The position numbers were made by a program, and so were the translations under genes. The notes beneath the pieces were generated by a model that saw only the letters and a program-made list of their open reading frames with translations, searched no databases and was not told the DNA's origin. DNA of 64,000 nt from Azolla caroliniana (taxonomy: Eukaryota; Plantae; Polypodiophyta): positions 19,468,001-19,532,000 of the forward strand of contig JBHGNT010000014.1 in NCBI GenBank assembly GCA_043228905.1, read 5' to 3'. This document shows, piece by piece, positions 49,630 to 64,000 of this stretch (position 1 is its first letter; each line of letters begins with the position of its first letter).

Positions 49630-51600
49630 TGTGGTGGGTTTATCTTCCTTTTATTGTTATATCGCGAGCTTCCACACTTTTCCCATCTCATGATACATTA
49701 GCGTTGCAAAAAGGCCTCGTTCACATTGGAATTGAATCAACATGTCATGAAGCAAGTGTGTTCCATCTCATCTTCCAAACCATTTCTCCATGTCATGTAT
49801 CCAACCACCACAAAAACTTTGCCTCAATGTGTTTTTTGGATCCTTTTATTTGTTTTCTTCCCATGCAATTTTAGGAAGTTGATGCGAGGAACTTTTTTTA
49901 ACAAACCCTTCTGTGGCCATGATCTCAATGGGAAGTGATTCCGTCTCAAGTCGTAGGAAGGTGTATGGTTTTTTTTTTCTTGAATCTTTGTAAACATTTT
50001 TAGACATTTTCAAACTCATTAGAAGCAGACTTAGGAATGTTACCACCCCGTACTTCCACCCTATAAAGGAGCACCAATGTCATCAAATAGTCGAAAATGT
50101 ATTTCTCAAGGACTCAACATTTAACTTCCCCATCATTGCCGATGTTCTCAAATGCATGATATGTTCACTTTCTTGCCACTACACAATGGGTAGCAATTCA
50201 TTCTATATATGATTTGAGGGAACTTTAAGGCCAAGATATTTCAAGCTTTTCACAATTTAAAGTGGTTTATTTTGGCTTTTCACAAGCATTGTCTTTGTTT
50301 TTGAGTTATTGATACTCAAATTAGTATGCATGCAAAATTCTTCTAATGCCCTCATAAGCTTTTGTATATATCCTAAAGAATTTGCAAAAGCACCACATCA
50401 TTTGAATACAATAAAAACATGATGACCGTATTCTCAACTACAACTTCTTGAAATCCATCTGGTATTAATTCGTCAATGCATAAACGTCTCTTTTAGAGAG
50501 ATTGAGAACGAAAATTGTTTTGGATGTTTTTTGTGACTAAGATTTACAAGCATCGTGTCCTCAAAAGGAGTTTTCTTTATATCACCTACTCTTAAAATAC
50601 CTTTAAGGGTTTGTCTTGCCATAAGACCCTCATTATTATAGTATGGATAATAAATGTTTTTTGTATCGTCATTTGTTTTTAATGCACACCACTTTTATAG
50701 AGAAAAAGAGAGAGATTGGTAGGTGTATTTTATTATTGTCCTCGAAGGACAAATATGACTTATGAGACTAAGTGAAATATTTTCGCATAGTGTTTGTGGA
50801 ATTGGGTAGTGTCTCTTGATGGTGTATAGAATTTTCCACTAATGAGTTTTGCAATTGAGAGTGCACAATGTGACTACTTGAGGAATGTGTATAAGGAGTA
50901 GACTAGAATGAGAATGTGTGGACAACAAAATTGATGTGGTGGAAGATTGAGCATCCTATTAAAGCATGAAATTCAAAATCCAAGTCATTGTTGAACTTAA
51001 AGAATGCACCCATGACAAATCTTCTTGCATGTGCCCCAATGCCCCCTCTCACATTGGCAAGAATGTAATTGTTGGTTGTCCAAATGACTTTCATATACAT
51101 AGGGTTTACAAATGACTTACATATTTGTAAACCCTATGTATAAAAGGGTTTACAAATTATGTAGTCTAAGATCTTTTGATTTATGTTGCCAAACTTGTTG
51201 CGATTTTATATATTTTCATAGCCACAAATTTTCATATATTTATATTTGTGATTTATTTCTATAAATCTAGCTTGAAATCATAGGTTATTTTTGGTTGAGG
51301 AAAGAAACAACGAGGGAAAAGGGCGATGACAAATTTCCTTCTTGTTGGTGAGCTAAATCCCACAGGCTCAACATTAAAGTCGTCTTGGCATGACTCTCGT
51401 AAGCTAAAACACTTGTTTTCCCATAGAACTTGTAGATTTTTTTTCCACGCAATGTTCAATTATGATCCCATGCACATGTTCCTCATGCATCTCATTGTTA
51501 AAGTTATTAGGTTGTTATACTACAAGTTTGGGCATAAAGTAGAGCATTTTGGGCCCTCTTTTATTGTGCTTTCACTCTTAGGACTTGTAGTATGTCAAGT
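49630..51600 (-). mobile_element. Highly decayed RTE-like LINE (RT region)
   Basis: CIDEL...FLLYSNDVVL (degenerate YADD context) and LRLETESLPIEIMA; many stops. Boundaries approximate. Confidence 0.5.
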
Positions 51601-52495
51601 AGTCGTATAACATCAAGTGCTATAAAGGTCCTCATTATTGAGTTAGTAGGGCCATTAAACGACTTTTGTGTTGTTGTGTGTTGTTTTAACACACACACAC
51701 ACACATGTTCCTTTCTAAGAAACATAGTGGTTTTTATATGTTGTTGTTTCAGTGTATATAGATATGTATGAATTTCATACATAAGTATATGTTGCTTTTG
51801 ATGAAGCATGATAACTAAATGTGCGAGACTCATAAGTCCAATTCATGGTTTTCTTGTCGAACTATACATTCGAGTTGTAGAGAATCAAGGAACCTGATGT
51901 TACAATACAAGGCTATATACATATAACTTATAAGTAAGCAAAGCAAAGATATGTGAGAAGCATGTCACGAGGATTGCCAGAATCTGTAAGTTTGAGTCAT
52001 GTCCATTTGCGTTGCGAAATGAGGAATACGTAAGGTTCTCAAGTGGCAGTTGGCCGTTTGCTGCTCAGGCAAGACTTGAAACCACGACCTTCGGGTTCGG
52101 AATAGGGGAGACGAGGTTTTTTTGGGCGAGACAAATGGACATGGACGGACACATGAGACCTTACGGACTAATGGAGCCAAAAAAAAAACAAATAAAAAAG
52201 ATCAAACCTTCAAAAAACGAGCCTCTGTCCTATGGAAGTTTCTGGAATCTCGCCACGTCACGGACGGACATACTGGTGCCAATGTGAACACGAACCCATC
52301 GACTCAAACGCGTTTTTTCTCTCTATTCTTTCATTAGTCTCGCAGAAGCAGCAGCAGCAAAAGAAGAAGAAGAAGAAGAAGAAGAAGAAGACACAGAAGA
52401 AGCTTTCTTTGTCAGCGCGGAAGAATTGGAGAATCTCCTGCTTTACATCTTCGATCTGTTCAATCATATCTTCGATCTGTTCAATACTAGTAGCT

Positions 52496-54698
52496 ATGGT
52501 ATGTGTTACTCGGATCCCCTCGTGCTTCTTCTTCTTTGCTTTCTTTACGGTTTTCGGTCAATTTGATTCGCCGTCGATCTCTTTATCATCTATATGTCTC
52601 CTTTAGTTGATAATGTGTTAAACTGCATTTGATCTGTGAATACGAGTATGCAATGTCTGAAGAGACGCTCTCATCTACCTGACGATTTTGTGACTATAGG
52701 CTAAATTTTTGAATTTAGATTTATCAAGTGAGTTGAACTGCTTTTCTTTCTCTCATTGAAACTTGGAAGGCATAAATTATGTTATTACACTGATACGTTA
52801 AATCATTTTCATGGAAAGCACCATTTGAAACTGCAGTGATTTTTTTTCCATCTATGTGGATATTTCTGTAGTGCGTTTTTCTTTCTACTTGTAGGATAAA
52901 CCTAGGATTTTCTTGATCTAGAACATAATTTATGATTAAGGTCAGATCTCTTTTTTCCTTAAATATCTGAATATTTATGGCCTACTTTCCTGTTCGAACT
53001 GTAATGAAAGGATAATTGTGACAAACAGTTCTGATCTGTAAACGTTGCCTCCCCAAAGATACATTGCAATCTGCTGAACAGGCTTGATCTCCTTATGTAA
53101 GCTGCGTATGCTTTTTTTTTGCACAAATATTGAGACGTTTACAGTGTAGTTCCTTTGTCAATCTGTTATAAAAGGTTAATTGTTACGAAATATTCTGAAA
53201 TGGATCATCAAACACAATCAGTAGAAAAAGTTCAATGTCCTTTTGTTTGCTGTGATCTCATTTCGAATCCCCGAGTATTAAAACAAATCTAGGGGCAAAA
53301 CTCCAAAATAAAGCACAAGTGTAGGGGGAAATCTAGGAGTTTTTCTTTATTTCCTTTTATGCCCTCAAGTCTTCATTGCTACCGAAAATTCCCTTCACAA
53401 ACACCTTTTTTTCTCAACTGGATGTAATATTTGAGCAAGTATATGGTTAGTATCGTACGTTTTTCTCACTCCCACTGGTGGATTGACGAAGGGCATTGAG
53501 GAAACAAGAAAATAAAGCAGAACTTTGCCTGTGTAACATCCTCTTTTCTCATTTCTAGTTTAGATTAGGATCTACAGCTGTAAAGAATGAAATTGTCTCT
53601 CCATGAGATTTCTTGAAGTGAAATCTAGCAATTTGAGTAATCCAGAACATGTGAATATAGTTAACAAAACATTATTTATTTACGCATGGAAATGTTTTGA
53701 TCAACCTTTCTTAGGTCATCTGCTGTCTTCTTAATCATCCAATGCATTATTAAATTTGTGGATCTATCATCTATTATGACTTTCTGATGCATTAGTAATC
53801 ATGTAGATCTGTTGTTTCTTCATACTGGAATGTGATCAATTCGTTTGCCATGGGTGTCACTTAAGACAATAATGAATCATATGCTTGCTTATTAAGATGT
53901 AGGCAAAAACTCTGAAATACCTTCCTGAGATTTTATTTATTGCCTCTCTTAAATTTTCTCTAAAATGCTCAGTTCTTATAAATTCCCCAAATACCCCTTG
54001 CTTAAAAAACTGCATACTGTATTTACCCAATTGTCAGATTACCTTATCGCTCTAGTATTTCTAGTAAGTTTTTGTTATTTGCTTGAATGCCCCTTGTGTC
54101 AAAAAAAAATGAAAGGGTTTGTTAACCTAGTTACTGATGCTGGTATTTTTTGGGTTTGTTGTGTGTTGTAACAATAGACAACATCAAAACGCTTAGCTGA
54201 TCGCAAAAGCGCGAAATTCCAGAAGAACATCCTCAAGAGAGGTGCAGTACCAGAAACAAGCATCAAGAAAGGCAGCAGCTATCCTGTAGGGCCTATGGTC
54301 TTGGGCTTATTTATTTTTGTTGTCATAGGCTCAGGTAAAAGGAAAATTCCCTTTTTGCAGTATTTTTATATTTTCCTGACGATTTGTGAAAATGCCCCAG
54401 AGTTGTTTTTCTCAAGAGTGCCTCAGAGTTTGCATTATTTGTGAAAATGCCCCTGATCATTTCCAGAAAGTGACCAAATAATTGCTATAATATAATGTAT
54501 AATTGTGTGGGCGGAGATTGAGCAGAAGCATTTTTCCAAACAATGAAAACTTAGGGGCATTTAAGAAAATAAAGACAAACTTGGGGCTAGTTTGGAAATT
54601 GTGCTTATCTTCAGTTTAAAGACTTACACTCCAATTGTTTTTTGTCATCAGCGATTCTCCAGATAATTAGAACTGCGAGCAGCGGCGGGCTTGCGTGA
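52496..54698 (+). CDS. RAMP4: RAMP4/SERP1 stress-associated ER protein, 68 aa. Exons 52496-52498 (ATG only), 54178-54334, 54652-54698
   Basis: MTTSKRLADRKSAKFQKNILKRGAVPETSIKKGSSYPVGPMVLGLFIFVVIGSAILQIIRTASSGGLA. Canonical splice sites. Confidence 0.92.
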
Positions 54699-56004
54699 AC
54701 GTTAATACTTATCCTAGTAGGATGTAATGTAAAAACGCTAGTCCTTGGATCTTCATAGGATTAAATATTAAAGCTAGCCTGCAACAAGGGCTTGTGAGTT
54801 TTATACTGTGAAATGGCATCCCTTTAATAAAACATTTTATTATTATATTATGTCATTGTCTTTTTCTCCTATTGTGCATATTGTATAGATTCACGAATAG
54901 TTTGATATATAAATCACATCTTTTTAGCTTACATATGCTTCCGAAATAAAAAATTATTTCAGCAGGAATGTTATGTGTCTAATTTATCTCTGGAGTAAAA
55001 AGTGTAAACTGGAATAGATCACAGCGGTCTTTTGCTTGGTTGATAATCTTTTGATTGAACCTTCCTGAATCTATTTTTAATTGCTAAATTTTTGTTATTG
55101 ATGCCAACATGGTCGAATGGACTATATACAATGTAGTAATATATTTCTCAGAAGGTGTAGTAATACATCTGCTATTATGTGGTCAGTTAACATGGATTGA
55201 TGCGAAATTTTGGAGAATTATGAATACGAGCCAAAACCGGAAAAGTAAATATAAACCACATTTTATACACAATTAATGACACTGGCCTGCACTATGGAAG
55301 AGCACATTGTGATTATCGATGTAAAGTAATTATATATATAGGTCAGAAACAATTTGGTGAGAGACTATTGAAATGATAGAATGGCAATTTAATGGCATGT
55401 GTATTTTACAACTAAACGTCGGCATTTAAAGTTATAACTTACAATTGACTGTAGCATTGACTGATGAAAATTGCAGTAAAATACTCCACCATGATTTAAA
55501 ATGAGATAAAAGGTGTAGTACTAAGTAAAAGGTATATGACAGAATTTCGATATCCAACGAGTGTTGAAACACATGCTCAAGCCTCAAGTATATTTATTGT
55601 CTGACGACTTGAAGACTCAAAATTGGTGAGCTCATTAAATCTCAATTATTGATGAGCTCATGTGAATCTGCATCCTACAAAATAATTATGGGTAGATAGA
55701 TTTCTGTACTTAAAAAGAGGTATACAAGTGAATAAATAAGAGGTTGAAGAAAATATACAGAGTAGCAAACACACATTCTCTCTCTCATATGCACACTCTG
55801 ACTTGACTTGAGCTCCAGATACATTTATCCCAAGAACAAATATTTTTCTTCGTGAAACAACGTTTATCGATGCATGCAAAATCTCTTGCAATATAAAATT
55901 TATGGTAATGAATTAATGAAATAAACCCGAGTGCTAAGGACCTCGGAATTGATTGATTTACTACATTTGAGAATTATCTTCAGTTGAGATTTGAGCTACT
56001 ACAT

Positions 56005-56266
56005 TTAAGAATTGTCATCAATTGACCTCCAGAAAGTTTTCTGGCAAATAAGAAGTAGCTGTTTGTCATCTTCTTGTTTCTCAGTAGAGTATTTCTTGCA
56101 TTGCCATCGCATAGCTTCTCCTAGAGCATCAGCATTAGCAACATAATTGGGTGCATCACGTATGATCACATATCCTTCAGGTCTCAATATGCGATCCATT
56201 TCCAAGAGTACAAACTTCATCTCACACCTGTTTGAACAGAGAACTAAATTAAAGTACATATACTCA

Positions 56267-56297
<31 letters not shown>

Positions 56298-59200
56298 GAA
56301 CTTCCCCTTTTCATCCATGCACTAAGGAATCGTGCTAATTGTACTAATTTATTAAATGAAATTGTGGAATGGAGAGGTTGATATGCATCTGTGAAGTTAA
56401 ATTCTCCCTCAGTTCTCATGAGTTTGAACTCTCTCTCTCTCTCTCTCTGAACTTCCCCTTTTCACCCATGCACTAAGGAATAGCACTAATTGTACTAATT
56501 TATTAAATGAAATTGTGGAATGTAGGGGTTGATATGCATCTGTGAAGTTACACTTCTCCCTCAGTTCTCATGAGTTTGAAAATATCTTTTACCTGTGACC
56601 CTCCGAAGTGAATAGACCATCCAGATGAAGCAGGTCATAAGTTCTGGGATATGTAGAAAAGGCTTCACACCTAGAAAAACAGAAAATTATGTTGTAAGTC
56701 AATAAATTTGCTTCACATTGACATACATTCATGAGCAAATTAAATATAACAAACCAGTCATGTACTGTCCCAATCAACCCTCGATCATAAATAGTGCCAA
56801 GTGAATTAGCAGCATATGCAGATACAATATTCATAACCCAAACAGGACTATCAATCAATGCTGCTGCAAAGCCACCATACTTAGTGTTCATATCCATCAC
56901 ATTCCTTATTTTGCTTGTGTCTAGGTCAGGGAGCACCGTTTTGTAATACTTTAGAATATCTATCCACACCCTTGTATCCATCCTAAATCCACCTTCACTA
57001 CCTCCAGAAAACAAACGAGATCTTTCTGGAGCCTCCTTTAACCTAGCAGGCCATTTTGGTGTCTCTCCTACACCAAGACGTTGAAATCGAAAGCTGGTTT
57101 TCACAATACACGGACGCATTGGTACATACCTGAAAACCATAAACATTATGCTTAGTTTAGATAACTCCTAGTGCCTTTTAGAGTTGGTTTAGATAGATAA
57201 ATATTATTTAGCATTGGTTTAGATAGATAAAGATTTTTTAGCACTGGTTTAAATAGATAAAGATGATTTCATTGTTGATTCTATGTAACCTATCTGCTTT
57301 ATCTTCATTATCAGACATTGTATGTTACCCACATTGAATCATCTTATTGGTAAATGCCTTACACTAGTATTGCCTGTCTAAGAACCAAATATATAAATTA
57401 TAGTTTGGGAAGCATTTTACAGCATCTATAAAGCTAAGTTACAAAGATTACCATGATGCATCTGGGTCAATACTATCATCACAAAGAGGTGGCACTGAGT
57501 CTTCTGCGCGCTCTTTGAAGCAACTATCATCCAGAGGTTTCTGCCACACAGCAATGTCACCTTTGGTCGCATACTTTTTGTAGCACATTCGATCTAGCAG
57601 ATCTTGAAGTTTATCCAAATCACTTCTCTGCTTTTCCTCGGTAGACTCCCAACCTCTCCAATTCACCTCGTAATTCACTGGTGGCCCTGAGAGAACCCAG
57701 AAACCACCTGGCCGGAGAACCCGATCAACCTCCAGAAGATTGACTCCACCTATTTACAGAAATAAGCAATGATTTCTCTCTCAACAATACAAGTCAAATC
57801 AAGGGAATGTTTATATTAGTATGCCTTAATTTCCAAAACATTCCCAATGTATCCTTCAATATTTTTCAAAATGTGATAAATAAGCCTAATATCTCGAACA
57901 TCTTAAAGATTGCTCATTACAAATTGCTTCCTCTAATTTTCTCTCTATACACAGACCTAAATGATTTCAAAATTTGAGTACATAGAGAATTGTGGGAAAA
58001 GTGGCTATAACTCTGGTAAATTTCCCTAAAATCAACCAGTTATAATTTATTCTATGCAAGATTATACTTCAATCCTTCCATTAACGAGGCATAAAACAGT
58101 GGGATTCATAAATTGTATCACTCTCACCATGGTCAGTCCACGGAATCAAACAGCGGGAACAGTGAGCCATATCGAATGCATTTGCAGGGTAAGGTAGCCT
58201 CTGGGTCGATATGATTCCAAGCATGGCAGGTATTCCTCTCTCAAGGGCAAACTGTACTTGAGCTTCATGGTTGTCGCGAGGTGCTAATGACATGGTTAAT
58301 ATACCACGATGTAGTAGATATCCACCCCAGCTAGCCACCTGAAGATGAACATAGTGTGAAACATGAAAATGACAGCATTATATGTCTTTATCAAGCTTTA
58401 ATTATGCAGTGTTTTAAGAGCGAATTCCAAAATATCCCTATGTTTTTCTTTGTTCCACCAAATACCCTAGTCAACCCCTCAAAGAAAGTAAAAGAGGATG
58501 ATATGATCAAATAATTGATAAAAAAAAGACAATTGAATTGACCAAATAAATGCTCAAGTTGCATATATAAGTGCTAAAATTTGGGTTGACTAAGGGTATT
58601 CGAGAAAGAAAACCTCAGGGATATTACAGAGTTCTTCCTTATATAGTTAGTATGTAAGAAACCAACCCCGCAGCCTGTATCAAGTGCTGTCCTGATACTT
58701 CCATCTTTCATTGCTGGGATAAGTTCTTGCATCTGATCCAAGTAATCATCAACACCATTGGGAAACATTGTACCTCCACCAGGAAAGATGAACTTCTCGC
58801 CCTTCTTCTGCATCCATCTTTGATTCGCCTTTGCAGTGTTAATCCAATCATACGGCACATTTCTGTTCACCCATTATCAATTTTATCAGCAAGAATTGAT
58901 AAGAAAACTCTTTATAAATCAACTAAATGCAGAAATTGTAGTCACAACAACTACATTCAAATTTCTGTTAACAAATGTTCCAAAAATGTGAAACACCAAT
59001 CTCACTTCCTAAGTACATTAAAAATAAGGCCATTTGGAGGACAATGATAAAACATGGGAGAGGCAATTGGAGAGAAATATAAAAAAGCCGAGGGGGATTT
59101 CAGATTTATTTCCTTAAAAACCAAAGAAACAATTCTCCAAACTCTACAGCTGGAGAAAAGATGAATGTGCAGCCTACATAAGATACTGAAAGAATCCACA

Positions 59201-59708
59201 GGTACTAACCTATACCAACATTCATCCCTACTACGAGGCCAACGAATTGGTATCTTGTAGCCTTCTGGCGGTGGAATCAAACAGTCCAGCCTTTCAGAGA
59301 GGGATGGACAATGGCGTTCTCTGAATGCCATCCGATATTTGTCATATTTGCGCCATCTCTAAAATAAGCAGTACAAAGGAAGTTAGAGAAATCACAAGAA
59401 TTTTATAGGAATGATGTCATACTATATCAAGTTAAAGGAAAGATTTGTACGTTTGGGTCTGTACAAGGGGTTAGATCTTGTAAAGTGATGTTGCATTCTT
59501 GGAAGCTACTAGGTTTAACTTGAGGTTGACAATTCTTATTGACTGCAACCTTATCGTACTGGTCAACCGTTGATATATCCTTTTCAGCAGAAAACAGTCC
59601 CCCAAGGTAAAACGCAAACGCACATAAAGACAGTAAAATAAGAGCTGGAGGAAGATGCTTTGACATTTTTTCTGATGGTGCATGGTCTTTCACATCTCGT
59701 TCTTTCAT
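56005..59708 (-). CDS. Probable pectin/SAM-dependent methyltransferase, PMT20/PMT21 (ERD3)-like, 595 aa. Exons 59708-59451, 59358-59210, 58862-58667, 58338-58128, 57749-57452, 57129-56755, 56670-56593, 56227-56005
   Basis: N-terminal signal anchor; [87 protein letters not shown]. Exon sum is 1788 nt, in frame. Confidence 0.95.
56270..56580. repeat. ~151-bp tandem duplication in the last PMT intron
   Basis: CTCTCTGAACTTCCCCTTTTCA.CCATGCACTAAGGAAT...CTCAGTTCTCATGAGTTTGAA twice, each copy beginning with a (CT)n tract. Confidence 0.9.
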
Positions 59709-59731
59709 CCCTATGAAGTCTAGACAGAGAC

Positions 59732-61920
59732 CTGTGAAGAAACAATTTTACAAAATCTTGAGAATTTTGGTATCTCCTTATTTACAAGCGTACATAGGAT
59801 AACAATAATCTTCTCGATCATATGAATTAGTTGAACCCATTTTAAGTCTAAATCCAATTTTTATGGTTAGACATTATCCAGATCTAGAGAAATAAAGGAT
59901 TTTTTCTAGAAGGCACTGTACAAATCATATGCATTTTAAGCGCTGAAGGAACCTGTTATTCCTAAATCCAATTTGATCTGATGTAAAACATCACTTCCGT
60001 TATTCAGAAAATAAAAGATTTCCAAAATGTCAATCACGCATGAGTTCACATATAAAATTTAAATAAAGATGGCTCGTAATAGGATGCCATTTATACGATA
60101 TAGATAGTCAAATCAATGAAAATGCAAGCAAAGTATGACTACTTCCATGACTTCTCGACACTAAACAGATAAGCTACGACTTTAAAGTGTATTTCACGAT
60201 TCAAGTAAGTAAAGGAAATCTGGTCGAGCCTAAATGACAAGCTGTGATCCTTCATCATTTTCTTGAGAGCGGGAAACAGAAGAATAAATGGGAATTTTGA
60301 ACCATGTATAAGACACGGTTTGCCACATTCTTCAAACAGATCTACAGTAGAGATGCAGAAACTGTTATTCAAATCTGAAACTGTTATTCAAATCTAAAAC
60401 AGATAAAAAGAAGAGAAAAATAAACTGTTTATGACACATTGATAACAAAAAAAAGCTTTACAAATTTCATTTCTTCAAGTGAATCACACAATCAGGAAAA
60501 ATGCGTCTAACATTAACGTCTTACTTCTTCAACTTCAGCAAACAAAACAGGTCAAATTTTCAAGTGTATTTCATGATCTAAGGAAAAAATTCACGAATTG
60601 AGATTTCTCGTTTTCACTACAGACTGGATGCTGCATTCATCAAAACAGAAGAAATTATCGATATATAAGATATCGTTTGTTGCATTCATCCAAATAAAAG
60701 AAAAGCACTAGTTCATAAGTATCCATAGTATCCATGAAAGCCGATTCGTACAGAGATGCCTCAACTTTATTCCTGGCATTTTCTCGAAACAGGTAGCAAG
60801 GTAGTAAAACAAGAGAGAAGAACATATGGATTGAAATTAAGTAGATGAACAACGTAGATTGTGACACTCGACCAAACAAATCTGTTCATACACGATACCT
60901 CAATTTTCTGTCTCTATCATACGCTTAAGCGATAGCAATTTAAGTAGAAACACACAATATAAGAAAACAAGTCCCTACAAGACAGAGGTTGTTCATACAG
61001 AAAAAACAAAAAAATCAAAGAAAAAGAATGAAAGAAATAACAGTGAAAGAAAATCAGCAATATCTACGATACATAGTTAACAGAAGGCAGATCTACGGTA
61101 AAAACAAATGCAGTAACTTGTTACTTAAGAGATCACAGCAGGAAGGAGGTTATAATTTTCCAGTGTATATTATGATCCTGGGAGTCCATGCATCTACTTT
61201 TGTCTGGTTTCTCTAGTTTTCCTCTAACTCCAAAATATTTAGCCATGCTTAACCTTGGCTAATTTGAGAAATGAATGAAATAATAGTATTAAATCTGGCA
61301 ATTGAAGTAAATTCTGAGAAAAAGAAACTGAAATGGCCACGAAGAGATGTGAAACGAAGAGCAACAGATGAAAAGGAGTGAAAATGAGAACCAATTTAAT
61401 TGATTGACGGATAAGAAGAGAGCATTTCTTGTCGAGCAATGGAAGCACGACATATGTCAAAAACTCTAAAAGAAGAAGAAAGGGAGTGCAAGAAGCTTAT
61501 GAGAAAATAAAACCAATAAGACCGTGAAGATTCGCTCAGGAAATATCGAAACGAGGAGAGCATGGAATAGTGAGCAAGGAGAGAAAAAGAAGGAATAAGG
61601 ACGGACGGATTGAATGAATACCGCTGGATAGTATATGTTGAGAAGGAGCTCCAATGGAAGCTCGGGATCTCTCGGAAACTCCGAATGGAAGATGGAGAAG
61701 ACGATGAAGAAGAAGAAGAAGAAGCGATGGAATGGAATGGAACCTTAGAAGAGCAAGAACATTAGAACAGATACAAAAGCACGGAGGAATGGAAGAAGAG
61801 TAGTCACCTGAGCTTTAATGGAAACCTCGAGACAGACAGAAAGAGAGAGATCTGAGAAGCGAAGAAGAAGAAGAAGGAGGCGATCGGATTCCTGACTCCT
61901 TCGAATGCAGTCCAGCGAGA
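59732..61920 (-). other. Probable 5'-UTR exon (~61920-61808) and ~2-kb leader intron of the PMT gene
   Basis: CT-rich leader with donor CAG|GTGACT near 61807, and acceptor TTCACAG| near 59732, just upstream of the ATG. Confidence 0.55.
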
Positions 61921-63019
61921 AATACACGAATTTATTTATTTTTCCTTCTTTTTTTTCTCTGATATTTGTGTTTTTTTTTTTCTCCCACCTTTCTTCTATT
62001 TCCTATATTTGTTTTTTTCATTCCACTTATTTATTTATTCATTCATTTACTGTTTGTTTTACATACATATGTACATATTTCCTCCTTATTAATTGTTTAT
62101 TTTCATATTTATTGTTCATTTTCTTATTTATTCTTTATTTCCTCCTTATTTATTCTTTATTTGCTTTTTTATTTTATTTGTTTGTTTTCACGCCTAATTT
62201 CTTGTGTATGGCATGGTTTTTTGTCGGCGCCCAAGTGTGAAACCGCCCAAAACACTCTGAGGAGCCTGGAGAAAGAAGAAGAAGAAGAAGAAGAAGAAGA
62301 GGGAATATATCGATTGCTTCGGGATTGTGTTCCTTATTTTTGTCCCTAGAGCCACACACGCAATATCTTTAACACTTTGTCGGGGTGTCAAGGTCTACTT
62401 CGGCATTCCTACCCCTAGAGTGTTGGCTTCCATTTGCAAGGAGCAAACCCAGGGACTTCCTAAACAAACAAACAAACAACCCGCTCTCCCGATGGGTTTC
62501 TTTTCCATACCTCGGACATGTTGTCGACTTCCCCCCCCCCCCCTGCATTTTCGAGACATTGTTTTGGTTTTTTCTTGAGGTTCCAGGTCTTTATTATCAC
62601 ATGTGTCATAAGCCTTTTTGTAAATTGTTGTTTCGCATCCACATGAGGAAAATGCTTGTGTAAAGCATTGTTTCATATCCACACGAATAAGTGTAAAAAT
62701 ATGTATAGTATTGGGCACTTGATTGGGTAGCTTGCTTTGGCAATTCTCGATGTGGGAAAGTTCGGGATTGTTGCGTGAGGAGCTCCTCCTCGTGTGTGTT
62801 TTGGCTCGTCATGCATATTTCAAATCATGCATTGGCTCCGTTGCCAAATGGTCTCATAAGTGTACTTGAGCCCATATGGATCCTTTGGACTTGAGTCCTT
62901 AGTAGTTTCCTTCGTCAAATTAATTAAGATAAGAGAGAAATAGACAAGCAAACAGATAATGTGTGGGTGTGTGTGGTATCATTGTAGTGTTTTTCACAAG
63001 CAAACAAAAAATTATACGC

Positions 63020-63052
<33 letters not shown>

Positions 63053-64000
63053 GTATGTATGTCATATCATTTCTTTCCTGGTTTGAGATATTAATGAGCA
63101 CCAAATAGAAATGTTTCTGAAAAAAGTGTTTAAATTTGTCGTTTTGACCGATGCCAAAGGCCAGTGAGACACCTCATGTCAATTTATCCTATATAATGTT
63201 TGAGTAGACTCGACTCAAAATCTTTCATGCTTCCAAATCACTTGTGTGTGTGGAGAGAGAATGAACGATATGAATCAGAGATGCATCTATTGTCAAGGCA
63301 TATAGTTTAGGATAAGTGATAACAATTGCATTGATGTCTTACTAACTTATGACAAGAAAAAAAGAAAGACATGATGATTGTATATTATTTGTTCTAATAT
63401 GACCTATTATAATTTAGGAGAAGTGACAACAAATACATTGATGGTTTAATAGCTTGCGACAAGAAAAAAAGAAAGATATGATCATTGTATATTATTGCTC
63501 TAAACTGACATATGGGGCTTGAAGAAGAATAGGTCCCATTTCCAAGTTTGTGATTGGCACCTCATGAGAATGACATGGGCAATGAGCTCTCAAAGTGTGT
63601 TCACAAAGAGCAATAAACAAAGGGGTGCTTTGATTGTGTGGCATTAGGGGCAACAATATGGTTGTGGTGTCAAAGTGTTTGGCATGGTAGTGCACCTTGT
63701 AGACTTTATCGTTTGTGTCTATGACACTCTTCTTTTCGCAATGTGTGAGGATGACTCACATTTTTATACTTAAAAGTGTTTATATACTCCAATGTGCATG
63801 GGGTGCTACATAAACAAATTGTATCTGAGGGACACATGGCTATTTTTTTAGTTGCTTGTACACGACAATGTGAATGAAGTCCCCAATGAGAGGGGGAGTC
63901 ACTAAAAAAGGAGCATAGGGAAATTCCCCAAAGATGAGGCTTCCTCTTTTTTTAGATCTAGAAGTTTGTGAGGTTATTGCATTATGTGACTATCAATGGG

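Noticed and set aside
61905-64000. Hydrophobic ORFs and possible TE remnants at the right edge
   Set aside because: The ORFs come from T-rich low-complexity sequence. LTR/LINE hints lacked TSDs or clear motifs.

Overview
Eukaryotic, AT-rich plant nuclear DNA with spliceosomal introns and many (GA)n/(CA)n microsatellites. It is most likely from a fern; this is inferred from a DYW:KP-type PPR gene, fern-style PLS-PPR repeats and a Tcn1-like gypsy element. The first ~17.5 kb is transposon-derived. It holds the 5' end of a Ty3/gypsy chromovirus (open gag running off the left edge plus 5' LTR), several solo LTRs with exact 5-bp TSDs, two hAT-type MITEs and decayed L1-type LINEs with nested insertions. 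The remainder is gene-rich: three PLS-class PPR RNA-editing-factor genes (E-class, DYW with HxE changed to HTD, DYW:KP), an ARGOS/OSR-like gene, an RPL18a-like membrane protein gene, a divergent PEBP with a predicted signal peptide, RAMP4/SERP1 and a PMT20/21 (ERD3)-like methyltransferase. Three observations stand out. (1) The LTR family has no tRNA PBS but a Tf1-like self-priming complement, plus perfect heat-shock-element arrays. (2) A candidate U-to-C editing factor lies next to a probable pseudo-deaminase. (3) The PEBP appears to be secreted and has a non-FT/TFL1/MFT exon structure. Gene models were assembled by eye from GT-AG sites and frame checks; no database searches were run.
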